Under the pieces are notes generated by a model, which was not told the DNA's origin, ran no database searches, and was given only the letters and a program-made list of their open reading frames with translations. A stretch of 64,000 nucleotides of DNA from Octopus vulgaris (taxonomy: Eukaryota), in contig OX597814.1 in NCBI GenBank assembly GCA_951406725.2, forward strand, positions 138,942,001 through 139,006,000. Direction: 5' to 3'. The position numbers were made by a program, and so were the translations under genes. Position 1 is the stretch's first letter. The number at the start of each line of letters is the position of its first letter. Shown here one piece after another: positions 53,240-64,000 of the stretch.

Positions 53240-53512
53240 GTCACGTGATTACTAAACTATATATCGCTGGTCACAATGCGCTTTGCATCGTTTTAGCTTT
53301 TGGAATGATGCCAATGCGCTCGTGAGTTGAGCAGACCAAACCTCTGATCGAAGAGTAAGTCTGTCGCAGGGTCAGCCATCTACAGCTGAGCGGACTAGAA
53401 GAACGTAAAATGAAGTGTTTTGCTCAAGAGCAGAACTCGGAGCCGGTCTTGGAATCGAAAGCACGATCGAGAAATCGTGAGTGCAAGATGCCTAACCAGT
53501 AGTCCACGCACA
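53240..53512 (-). mobile_element. SINE family C copy
   Basis: AACGTAAAATGAAGTGTTTTGCTCAAGAGCA...GGAATCGAAA...CCTAACCAGTAGTCCACGCAC. Confidence 0.7.
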
Positions 53513-53537
53513 CTAACAAACAGCGACAGACATACAC

Positions 53538-53573
<36 letters not shown>

Positions 53574-53769
53574 TCACATACATACGTTTACATACCTATA
53601 CATATGTAAGGATGTATGCGTGTATGTATGCCTATTCTTTTCAGCAAGCAAGAAAACCACAACCCTGTTCGGCCACCATTCAACAGATTCTTGCTTTATA
53701 TATTGACCATGCTGTCTTCTCTGATACTTATTTTATCAATCTCTTTTTATCGCGTAGCTAATATATATA

Positions 53770-54310
53770 TATATCTTATATAAAATCTTTTCTGTGTGTC
53801 TGTGCGTGTGGCTTCTAGCATCTCGAGCATCCTCCATCCGATTGCGCTCAAATTTGATATGTAGATACCGACGGAATCAGGGTGTGTATAAGTCTTGAAA
53901 AAATTACAAAATTCGATTCCAGGTGAGAATGCGATCGATAAAGCCGTGGGAAATCGTTTTTCTTTCGAATAGAAAAGTCTCTATTTCTTCTTTTGCTGGT
54001 GTCACAATTTTAGGTTAAATCAGTGTTTCTCAAAGGGAGGCCTATGGGAGGGTCGAACAAGTTGTTTTGAGAAAATTTGGTTTAAATGTTTGACATCTCA
54101 GCACCGTCCATTGGACGGGGGTCGTTTTGCTCGTATATATACATATATATATATGCCAAACAGTTACAATGAGTACGGACACTGCTACATGAGCAAATTT
54201 TCCTTTTAATCTTACAGTTGGTATCGGTTATATATATGCCCAACAGTTACAATGAGTACGGACACTGCTACATGAGCAAATTTTCCTTTTAATCTTACAG
54301 TTGGTCTTAC
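53770..54310 (+). mobile_element. Probable non-autonomous Helitron 5' end with an internal tandem duplication of about 83 bp
   Basis: A/TCTTATATAAAA...TGTGTGTCTG...CCGATTGCGCTCAAATTTG resembles Helitron-N 5' ends (recalled pattern). TGCC(A)AACAGTTACAATGAGTACGGAC... occurs at 54154 and 54237. Confidence 0.5.
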
Positions 54311-54529
54311 AATATAATTAGTTGGTTAAAACAATTTAGAAAGGTTTTGGCTTTTTAACTCAATATTTACAGGCTGTTTTACGTAGCCTTATGTGAACTC
54401 CGAGATTCAGTATTCCAAAACTATTACTTAAACGTCTCTCGCAATATTTCAGAATGAGCAGTGACAAGTATTTGAAAGAGAAATACGAATAAATGCATAT
54501 TAAATAGAAGAAAAATTCCTGATTCATTC

Positions 54530-54745
54530 TTTTCTACTCTAGGCAGAAGGTCCGAAATTTTGGGGGGACGTGACTCGTGGAGTAGATCGGACCCAGTACA
54601 CAACTGGTACTTAATTTATCGACCCCGAAAACATGAAAGGTTAAGCCGACCTCGGCGGAATTTGAACTTAGAAAGTAAAGACAGACGAAATGCCGATAAG
54701 CATTTCACCCGGCGTGCTAACCATTCTGCTAACTCGCCGCCTTTG
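54530..54745 (-). mobile_element. SINE family A copy (short-tail variant)
   Basis: CAACTGGTACTTAATTTATCGACCCCGAAA...CCTCGGCGGAATTTGAACT...CTCGCCGCCTT. Confidence 0.88.
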
Positions 54746-55242
54746 AAATTCCTGATTTGTTGAAATTATATTCGATTGAAGAAAGAATGGACCAAACGTT
54801 TAATGCAACTGTTACTTACTTCAGATGTGAATGAGGCACAATCGCAAAAAGCGAGAATTCTTCAAAACTGATATGACATTAAAGAAACGGATAGCCTAAT
54901 TGTTTCAAGATGAACACTACAGTGAATCTAATTTTCTCTGTCAATATGCGCCATTATCACTGCAATATCCTACCTCATATTGAGCAAGGAGACTCTGAAA
55001 CATATGGCAAAAACGTGTAGCACACATTTACGACCCAGATTATTTGCTTAAATGAAACAAAATTTACCTAAGAGGAATAACAGTGCGATGTATGTGATGA
55101 GCAATACATACATATACGTATAAGCCAACAATAACCCAATAACTCAATATGTGTGTCTGTGTGTGTATATGTGTCTATGCCAATAATAAAACATGTCTTC
55201 CATCTTTTACTTGTTTCAGTCATTAGACTGCGGGCGGACAGG

Positions 55243-55425
<183 letters not shown>

Positions 55426-55965
55426 GCATTCTCTTGAGGCAACTTCTACAGCCCCCAGAGCCAGCCTGTTGGCCTTCGGCCCCTATGATGCCCAGCATAT
55501 TGTAAGTTTTGTAAATATGAATGCAAGATGTGTTGTTAATAATCTTTTAGCCCCAGATAGTTTTCGATAGCGTCGACGTATTATGAAAGACAGTTAAGCT
55601 ATGAATATCCCGTCTTGATTGAAGAATAACTTATTGAGAAACATACCAAACAACGTCTTTTTTTTCTTTTCTAAAGACTTCAGCATATAATGTAAGCATA
55701 TATGCAAAATGTTGTTCTCTCAGAGTTTATGCCTAGTGTTAATTTATAAATAACTACCTCGAGACCTCTCAAATCGAAAATAATGTAATACGATCGATAA
55801 CATTTAAAACCAAATTTGACAAGTTGCAAGAACACTCACATTCCTTGCTTCGAACACACAAACGATGACCTTAGCTGAAATATATATTAAAATATTGTAT
55901 ACGTATAATGCTAATTAATTGAATTTTTATAAGTTATTATGGGCTTTTATGCATTATTATATGTA

Positions 55966-56330
55966 GGCGCATGGCTCAGTGGATAGCGCGTCGAGCTTAC
56001 GATCGTAAGGTTGTGCGTTCGATTCCCGGATCGGGCTGCGTGTTGTGGTCTTAAGCAAGACACTTTATTTCACGTCGCTCCAGTTCACTCAGCTGTAGAA
56101 ATGGATTGCGATATCACTTGTGCCAAGCTGTATCAGCCTTTGCTTTTCTCTTGGATAACATCGGTGGCGTGAAGAGGGGAGGCTGGTATGCATGGGCGAC
56201 TGCTAGTCTTCCATAAAAAAAAACACCCCTAGGTTGTCACCGGCGAGGCGACTTTCTGCCCAGACTTGTACCCCGGAGGGGTACCTCTTAGGTGGACCCG
56301 TGATCATTCGTGACCGACGGAGTCGAGTTA
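55966..56330 (+). mobile_element. SINE family C copy with a well-preserved tRNA-like head
   Basis: GGCGCATGGCTCAGTGGATAGCGCGTCGAGCTTACGATCGTAAGGTTGTGCGTTCGATTCCCGG, then CTTAAGCAAGACACTTTATTTCACGTCGCTCCAGTTCACTCAGCTG. Confidence 0.85.
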
Positions 56331-56671
56331 TATATTCATATATTGTTTTATGCACTGGAGGTACTCCAGCATGACCACAGCCTTAAGTCTGAAACGTATA
56401 AAATAACATTTAAAGAAATGAATTGCTATATACCAATTTGCAGGTGAAATATAGGCGAATGGCTTAGAACTTTGCTTCGCAACCACTCGAAATTGTCCTT
56501 AATCCCACTCTGCGTCATGTTGAGTAAAACGTCGTTTCCTAAAGCCTCAGATCGATGATTATCATTTTAGTGAAGCTGGGTTGATGGACACTGCATCGAA
56601 GCCTTCAGGTGGTCTCCAGTCACAGTTTGAACTGTGCAGCTTTGCCATACACTCTGTCATGCTTTTCCTGA

Positions 56672-56940
56672 AGCTTAGGGGTTGGGGTATCCGACTCACG
56701 ATCGTGTGTTCGATTCACGACGGCGCGTTGTATCCTTGAGCAAGAAACTTTATTTCACGTTGCTCCAGTCTACTCGACTGACGAAAATGAGTTGTATCTG
56801 TAATTCAAAGAGCCAGCATTGTCACATTTTGTGTCACGATGAATTTTCATAAGAAGTACGTTAAGGATACACGTGTCTCTGGAGTGTTCAACTAGTTGCG
56901 CATTAAATTCACGTGCAGGATGTTCCGTTGATCGAAACAT
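56672..56940 (+). mobile_element. SINE family C copy
   Basis: GACTCACGATCGTGTGTTCGATTC...CCTTGAGCAAGAAACTTTATTTCACGTTGCTCCAGTCTACTC. The 3' part matches the reverse complement of 60255-60385. Confidence 0.8.
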
Positions 56941-57017
56941 GCTGTTTCAGACTGTGAATTGCATAAAGACAACACGTGTCTGTAACTGACCAATCACGTT
57001 AATTCAGGTTCAGATTA

Positions 57018-57834
57018 CGAGGTCTGATCAATAAATATAGGAATTGTTGCCATAGTAACAAAGCTAAAGCACGTAGAACGAAGCCGCTTGACACAGATTG
57101 ACCTTGAACTTTGTTGTGCATGTGCACTAAGTATCCACGTTCTAACTCACTTACCCTGTTTACAGCAGTGATTGAAAGTAACGTGCGTAACGAATGATCG
57201 TCACATAGACCGTGACAGAAAACGTTGTCATGGCGATACCTGCTCAGTGGCTTACGCAAAGTTGCAGAAAGTGTATGGAGAGGAGCGGTATGGTGTCGCA
57301 CACAAGTGTACGAGTGGTTCAGACGTTTCCAAGAAGGCCGAAAAATGACGATAAGGACGAACGTTCTGGGAGAAACGCAACCAGCAGAACTGGGAAAAGC
57401 ATCACGAGTTATCAGAGGATGTGCAGATTAATTACGGTTCAGTTCGATCTATTATCACTGAAGATTTGCGTATGAGACGCGCGTTTGTGCCAAAACTGCT
57501 TTCAGTTGACCAAAAGAATACTCGGGCCTCAGTTGCACAAGACCTCTTTGATTGTGTCGAGAACTATGAAAACATTTTGAAAACTTTCAATAGGCCTCTG
57601 AGCAGGTATTGCCAAGCTCTTGACAAAATGTCTCTGTCTTGGTCAGTGCGATCATTACACCTTATACACGTTACTTCCAAGTACTGCTGTAAACAGCGGA
57701 ATTGAGCTAGAATGTTAAAACTTAGGGCGCATGCACAGCAGAGTTCAAGGTCAATTGGTGGCAAGCGGCTTTACTCTGCATGCTTTAGCTTCGTTACTAT
57801 GCCAACAGTTTGGATACTTATTGATCAGACCATG
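57018..57834 (+). mobile_element. Mariner-derived element with TIRs of about 235 bp around a transposase N-terminal fragment
   Basis: TA|CGAGGTCTGATCAATAA...TTATTGATCAGACCATG|TA. Internal CRTQVYEWFRRFQEGR, KDERSGR and SIITEDLRMRRAFVPKLLSVDQK. Confidence 0.9.
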
Positions 57835-60217
57835 TATTCGCTTGACTTTACAACCGAATCCTGATGTCGACCGACCGAGATCCATTGCCATCATCTTATG
57901 TCCATTTATGGAATCTATAATTCACGATATATCGTTTACAACTGGGTCTTATTAAATCTAAGCCAGTGCGTATATAGACAAGGCGCTTCAACGTCATATC
58001 ATCAATGACCTGAAGCTCTGAAACAAGAAACTCTAAATAGCGACGCACAGAGATATAGCTCCAAATATGCAAATGTATACTATTCCACACTATCTGACTA
58101 TACTGGGTATTGAGCATTTTTTCCGTCAAATGCATTTGTAGTAATAGTTTTTTTTTTTCTGACACATGGTATATGTTCCTTCAATAAAGACACGTACATG
58201 CATATTTGAATGTATGTGTGTATGTGTGTCCGAAGAAAAATATATTTTGGTAGTGAATATGTACAGCTATAAATCAGTCGTTAATGATAATATTGATACA
58301 AGTCCACTTTATTCTACTAAATCGGACTTTGGAAACATTTCATGCAAAAACAATAAAAAAAATATATCATTTCGATAAATATTATTCGAAATGGGCGAAT
58401 GAATCTCCTTTAACAATAAAAATGATTTCCATGGTGGATATTCACAAGAATTAAATTTAAAGTTTTATCGGATCGATATTAAAGGAAATTGAAGACGAAA
58501 ACTTTATTGAAAAATAGGATACTGAAAATTATCCTATTTGTCTGTATCTGATAGCGATTAGAAAATTGTGGATGTATATGACAACTAAAATCTCTTAATA
58601 TGGGCTGAAAATTCATTTAAATAACGAAATACTTCTGTTTATATTCAGCTGCTTGTTTATTTTTTTCCTTTGAATTGAAAACATATGGCGGAAATTAGAA
58701 GGAAAAGCTGGACAAACTATCTTAGTTTCCCCAGATTTATAACTGTATTTCGAGATCTGAAAAAGAAAAACACTTTAAATTATAGCTAAAAATTTACTTC
58801 AGTTAACGAGTAAGGCGATGTTATAATCAGTATTGTTAGGGATTATTTTATGAATCTCACTGAGATGAAGGACAAAATCTATTTAGTCTAATTTGATTTC
58901 AGAATCAACTAGATACTGTCAAATGTCTAATAAAGCTGACTGATGCGTTGTTTATGTCTAGTGTGATAATATTCGCTCGTTTTAGTTTTCTTTTTTTTCT
59001 ACTTGGCACTTCACCGTCATGTGTCTAAAAAGAATTAAAATTTATTTAAATTTCAAAACGACAAACGAAATTTGTAGAAAGAAATAGAATTGAGCTAGAA
59101 GAAATAGACAACTACGATAAAAAAAATCGTTTGGTGTTAATTCAAATAACATTGGACAGGATTACAATAATTGGGAAAAAAAGTGGACAAATTTATCTGA
59201 CAATCGAGTATTATGTTACAATAACGTAATGAATTTCGCATGCAGTGGAGGAAATGAAGTATATCGTTTTGGGATTGTCCCCTTAACCAGAAGAGAGAAA
59301 AATCTTTTACTCTATTTTTTTGCCTCTCGCAAACGAAGGGTTGATTCCGAAACATCAGCTTCCTCTTCTGTCTATATACAAATTTATCTAAACTCATTAA
59401 CTTCAATGTTTGCTTGTTTGTTTTTTGTTTTTTCTATTACTGACACGGACCTCCACCAGTTTTGTTGACGACACTGTTTATTGACACACCACTCAAATAC
59501 ATTTATTCTGTTGTTCACAAATAATCAAGCAAACGTTAATACGAAAGTTGTTATACTATCCATAAATGATATCTAAAAACTCTGAAGACTAGTAGACAAA
59601 TATCATCTTTGTGATCATAATCTGTAACGTGGTTTCAACTTCTCGTAAAAAACATACATATTTATACTGTTACTACACTTGAAAATGACATACAGGTCAA
59701 AACACTCTAACTTCTTGCTAAATATATCCCAGATCTGGACATTAAGAAATACTAATTAATGTGACTCGTGTTCATGACAAGGTTTAAACGAAACTGTATG
59801 CATTATCAACTCTCCATTAAATTCGATTCGTTTTGAAAATCTTGTGCCCCAGCATGGCCGCTATCTTATGACTGAAATAACTAAAACATAAGATAATGCA
59901 TTTGTGAATGCCACAGCTATATTTCCATCATTGTAGAATGTACCAGTCTTGTAATTAGTTTTAAAAAAACGCATACCAATATATTTAAACTTCTGCAAAA
60001 GTTAAGTAATTCAATATGGAAACACAGTAATTAAATAAGAAAACAATTTCTACAGAAATCTCTTAAATTTTCCAATCAAACTTGCTTGAAGTCATTTATA
60101 TATATATTTGTTGAAAATAATATAAAACTGATTTTTAATGATATGGCTTTGTTTCTCGTTAATGCCAATACAGTCATTTGAAGTTCTTGTCGAAGGAAGC
60201 TGCGACTTATTTAAAAA

Positions 60218-60472
60218 GTGGCATTCCATCGATTACGACGACGAGGGTTCCAGTTGATCCGATTATCGGAACAGGCAGCTCGTGAAATGGACGTGCAAGC
60301 CGCTGAGCGTTCCAAAGACACGCGTACTCTTAACGCCGTTCTCGGGAGATTTAGCGTGGCACAGAATGTGACAAGGCTGGCCCTTACTGAAGGAGACAGC
60401 GTACCGCCGACAATCGAACTCACGACCTTACGACAGTCAGCCGAATACTCAAACCACTAAACCACTTGCCTT
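60218..60472 (-). mobile_element. SINE family C copy with an internal deletion
   Basis: Minus-strand head AAGGCAAGTGGTTTAGTGGTTTGAGTATTCGGCTGACTGTCGTAAGGTCGTGAGTTCGATT. Tail is shared with 56810-56935. Confidence 0.75.
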
Positions 60473-60769
60473 CGGCCTTATTATGTACAGTCGTAATATA
60501 TTTCCAATATTATTATGCAGAGTAATGAATTAATATGTATTACTTGCGTCATAGAAAATCTCACAGGACTATACTTTTCTACGTAGCTAAACTAAGATTT
60601 GCTTTGCCTCTTTGTAACACTAAAGAAATTAGGAATAAATGCTGTCTCTATGATCTCATGGGGTTCACAACGGACTGAGCTTTGAAATCTATTGGGGAAC
60701 AGAAACATTATTTTTTCAATTATACTACAAGCTATTAAAAGAGAGGAAGGAGCGGTAAGAGTCACAGGA

Positions 60770-61001
60770 AGGCGGCGTGCTGGCAGAAACGTTAGCACGC
60801 CGGCCGAAATACTTAGCTGTATTTCGTCTACCGTTACGTTCTGTGTTCAACTTCCGCCGAGGTCGACTTTGCCTTTCATCCTTTCTGGGTCGATTAAATA
60901 AATACCAGCTACGCACTGGGGTCGATATAATCGACTTAATCCGTTTGTCTGTCCTTGTTTGTCCTCTCTGTGTTTAGCCCCTTGTGGGTAGTAAAGAAAT
61001 A
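60770..61001 (+). mobile_element. Full-length SINE family A (long tail) with a 16-bp target-site duplication
   Basis: GGTAAGAGTCACAGGA (60754-60769) and GGTAAGTGTCACAGGA (61002-61017) flank the element. Confidence 0.92.
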
Positions 61002-61392
61002 GGTAAGTGTCACAGGACTATTATTGAGTTCTGTATGCCCATTAAAAATATGAGGGTGTAAACGTCATGTAACTTTAAACGCCATTGAGTGAAGAGTAGA
61101 AAGTTTAAGGTCTTACTTTTCAATATGATAATATTGAAATATATAAGAAAATATGAAAATGAAGTTATTTGTCTGACTGAGGTTCAAAATATGCGGATGT
61201 CAAGTATTCAAGTGTTCCAAGAGGGGAAATTAATTTTGTTTTCGATTTGCAAAAATATACCTCTCTTATTCAATGCACATTGGGATGCATATATAAGAGG
61301 AGTTATAGAAACAAAACTTTTCTGTCTCCATCTTCCATATCTCTTTATTTCTTTTTTTCGTGCAAAGGACACAGTTGTAACGTTAATGTAGC

Positions 61393-61513
<121 letters not shown>

Positions 61514-61515
61514 TT

Positions 61516-62192
61516 AAGGCGGCGAGCTGGCAGAGTCGTTAGCACTCTGGACGAAATGCTTAGCGGTATTTCACCCGTCGCTGCGGTCTGAGTTCAAATC
61601 CCGCCGAGATCGACTTTGCCTTTCATCCTTTCCTGGTTGTTAAATTAAGTACCAGTTACGTACTGGGGTCGATCTAATTTACTAGCCTCCTCGTCTAAAT
61701 GTCAGGCCTTGTGCCTATAGTAGAAGGAATTGTTGTTTTTATCTTTAAGGCGGCGAGCTGGCAGAAACGTTAGCACGCCGGGCGAAATGCTTAGCGATAT
61801 TTCGTCTGCCGCTGCGTTCTGAGTTCAAATTCCGCCGAGGTCGACTTTGCTTTTCATCCTTTCGGGGTCGATAAATTAAGTGCCAGTTATGCACTGGTGT
61901 CGATGAAATCGACTTAATCCCTTAATTTGAGGCCTTGTGCTTCCAGTAGAGAGGATTATTATTTGTCTTTAAGGTGGCGAGCTGGCAGAACCTTTAGCGC
62001 GCTGGGCGTATTGCTGAGCAGTATTTCGCCTGCCGCTACGTTCTGAGTTCAATTCTGCCGAGATCGACTTTGCTTTTTATCCTTTCTGGATCGATATATT
62101 AAGGACCAGTGAAACACTGAGATCGATGTAATCGGCTAGTCCCCCTCCCAAAAAATTTCAAGACCTTGTGCCTTCAGTAGAAGGGATTATTG
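61516..62192 (+). mobile_element. Three complete SINE family A copies head-to-tail (short-tail variant)
   Basis: Heads AAGG(C/T)GGCGAGCTGGCAGA at 61516, 61747 and 61971. Each copy ends CCTTGTGC..AGTAGA.GGA(A)TT(A/G)TT. Confidence 0.93.
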
Positions 62193-63560
62193 TTTTTCTT
62201 TTCATATTGTATTACCGTTTGAAAATGTCATTTTACTTTAGTATATCCTCGAAGAATCTAAATTTTATGTTTGATTAAATTTGAAATTTAAAAGTAGTTT
62301 AAATTTTTACTTTTCAGGGGAAAGATGTATTCTTTGATGAGAAACATATGAACTGACACACGTACACAAAACTGTGTGCCAATATGTATATGCATTTGTA
62401 TCTCATAGCATACGTATCATTTAGCATTTGTTTGCTGCAGTGCGATGTACAAAGCATGAAATTGCAGTGATGTGTTATTTGTCAAGTTTTATTGTTGAAA
62501 AACTCTTATATCCAAGTGTACTTAATGCGACAGGTTGAACATTTCATTGCATTCACAGCAAATGTTAATGCCGCCAGCGTTACAGAATTCTCACTCACCA
62601 CCATATTACCATTAAACCATTTTATCTCCCTATTAATGTCATGTATTTTCGAACACGTACAATAGAATACCTAATGCTGAACTGTTAGTTGGCCGATGGA
62701 TACAAGCTAAAGAAATGTAATTATCATATTATATTAGTGGAATATTGCTGAAGGGCAATTTGGGAGGTATTGTTTGATAACTCAGCATCATAATGCATCA
62801 ACAATCGTCTAAATATATCTTAAGAATATTAGAAATAAAATAAACACACTATATTCTACATTGTGTGACTAAATATTAATGTGACTATAGACTTATTTGT
62901 CTAGACTTACTCTTTAACGAGAAACCAGAATTATAGTTAAAAGCAAGTAATATATTCCATTACAATAATGGAATATATTATCAGATTGAACATATAAATG
63001 TTATGAAAATGAATACTTACAAATATTCTTTTTTTGCACAGAATATTTTATTTGGTATTTTTTTTTAAATTAATAAATTTTGTATAATGTCATAAATATT
63101 TACGACTCTATTAAACACCCCATAAGTATAAATATATGTTGACAAAATATAAGTTAGAGTAATTTCCAGAATAACTATAAGTTGGTTAATTTCTTGGCCA
63201 TATAGAGAAGAAACAACAGGATTATATTATGTTATTAGAAGAAGGTTATTAGCAGAGAAATTTGTGAGGAGTGTTTTCAGCTGACAATTGAAACGAAATT
63301 ACCTCTGGTTACCTTTAGGTAGGCACTTATGTCATGAACATCTGGGATGTCTGCAGCCATATATGCTAATGGTACTTTTATGAATTTGCAATAACCCTTT
63401 TAGGTGGATCTGCAAACTGATTTCTCTGAATAGCAAGTTCGTCTCATTTAAGTTCCTAATATTTTTGAGAAATACTTGAGTATTGTAACCTAACATTTCT
63501 TCCTTTTCTGAATTCAAAACCTCGGGCAAACATGAAGCCTTTAGGAGAAATGGCGATCCA

Positions 63561-63599
<39 letters not shown>

Positions 63600-64000
63600 A
63601 CAAGAACGATTTCAGTATGGGTTCACAACACACTTCCGAATGCTAATTGTTGGCATTTCAATTACTTGTTCCTCTTTAAGCTAAAGGCACAAACTTGCAT
63701 AATGGCTATTGATTTATCCCGCTTGCGTCAATTTACACGGTCATGTTGAAAAGTGTATAAATCTTGTACTGTAATCTGTTAGGTTGGAAGGATATTTTGA
63801 CATGATCGCTTTGAGTGTCTTTTGCAAAGTTTATGGCAAAATAGGCATTTATTTTTACATCATAATATTTATTCTTTCTTTGCAAATTACTTTATACCAT
63901 AGCGATTAAATTCATATCGATCTTTTAACATGGATTTAGCTCAGGTCCGCATCAGACACTGCATGCTGTGAGAATTCATAAGTGGCTCTTCAGAATTGGA

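Noticed and set aside
55966-56040. Possible tRNA genes (also 14667-14730 and 44090-44160)
   Set aside because: A and B boxes are present but acceptor and anticodon stems do not close, there is no poly-T terminator, and each continues into a SINE body.
60211-60460. GC-rich overlapping ORFs of 70-80 aa
   Set aside because: They lie entirely within a SINE family C copy.
62300-62356. Strong-looking splice acceptor TTTTTACTTTTCAG (another at about 41037)
   Set aside because: No convincing coding exon or donor follows, and such tracts are frequent in AT-rich DNA.

Overview
AT-rich animal genomic DNA with no recognisable intact host gene, so probably a large intron or gene desert. The dense (TA)/(CA)/(TATG)/(AGAT) microsatellites and the tRNA-derived SINE families look like an octopus (coleoid cephalopod) genome, which is an inference. 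Almost every ORF in the supplied track is a microsatellite or repeat artefact. Real coding relics are all decayed transposons: five R4/Dong-type non-LTR fragments (RT, CCHC, restriction-like endonuclease), one full-length dead mariner, several mariner-derived MITEs and a Helitron helicase fragment. At least three SINE families occur in many copies, including head-to-tail arrays and two loci with a 184-bp head-less tandem unit. The main hidden signal is about ten minimal type I hammerhead-ribozyme motifs (CUGANGA, stem II, GAAA, short palindromic stem III, NUH) from several unrelated short elements. Each is followed by an 85-175 nt tail ending at a dinucleotide microsatellite, several sit in fold-backs, and one is fused behind a tRNA-like Pol III head. 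This architecture resembles Penelope-like pseudo-LTRs or retrozymes. All alignments and folds were done by eye and the boundaries of decayed elements are approximate.
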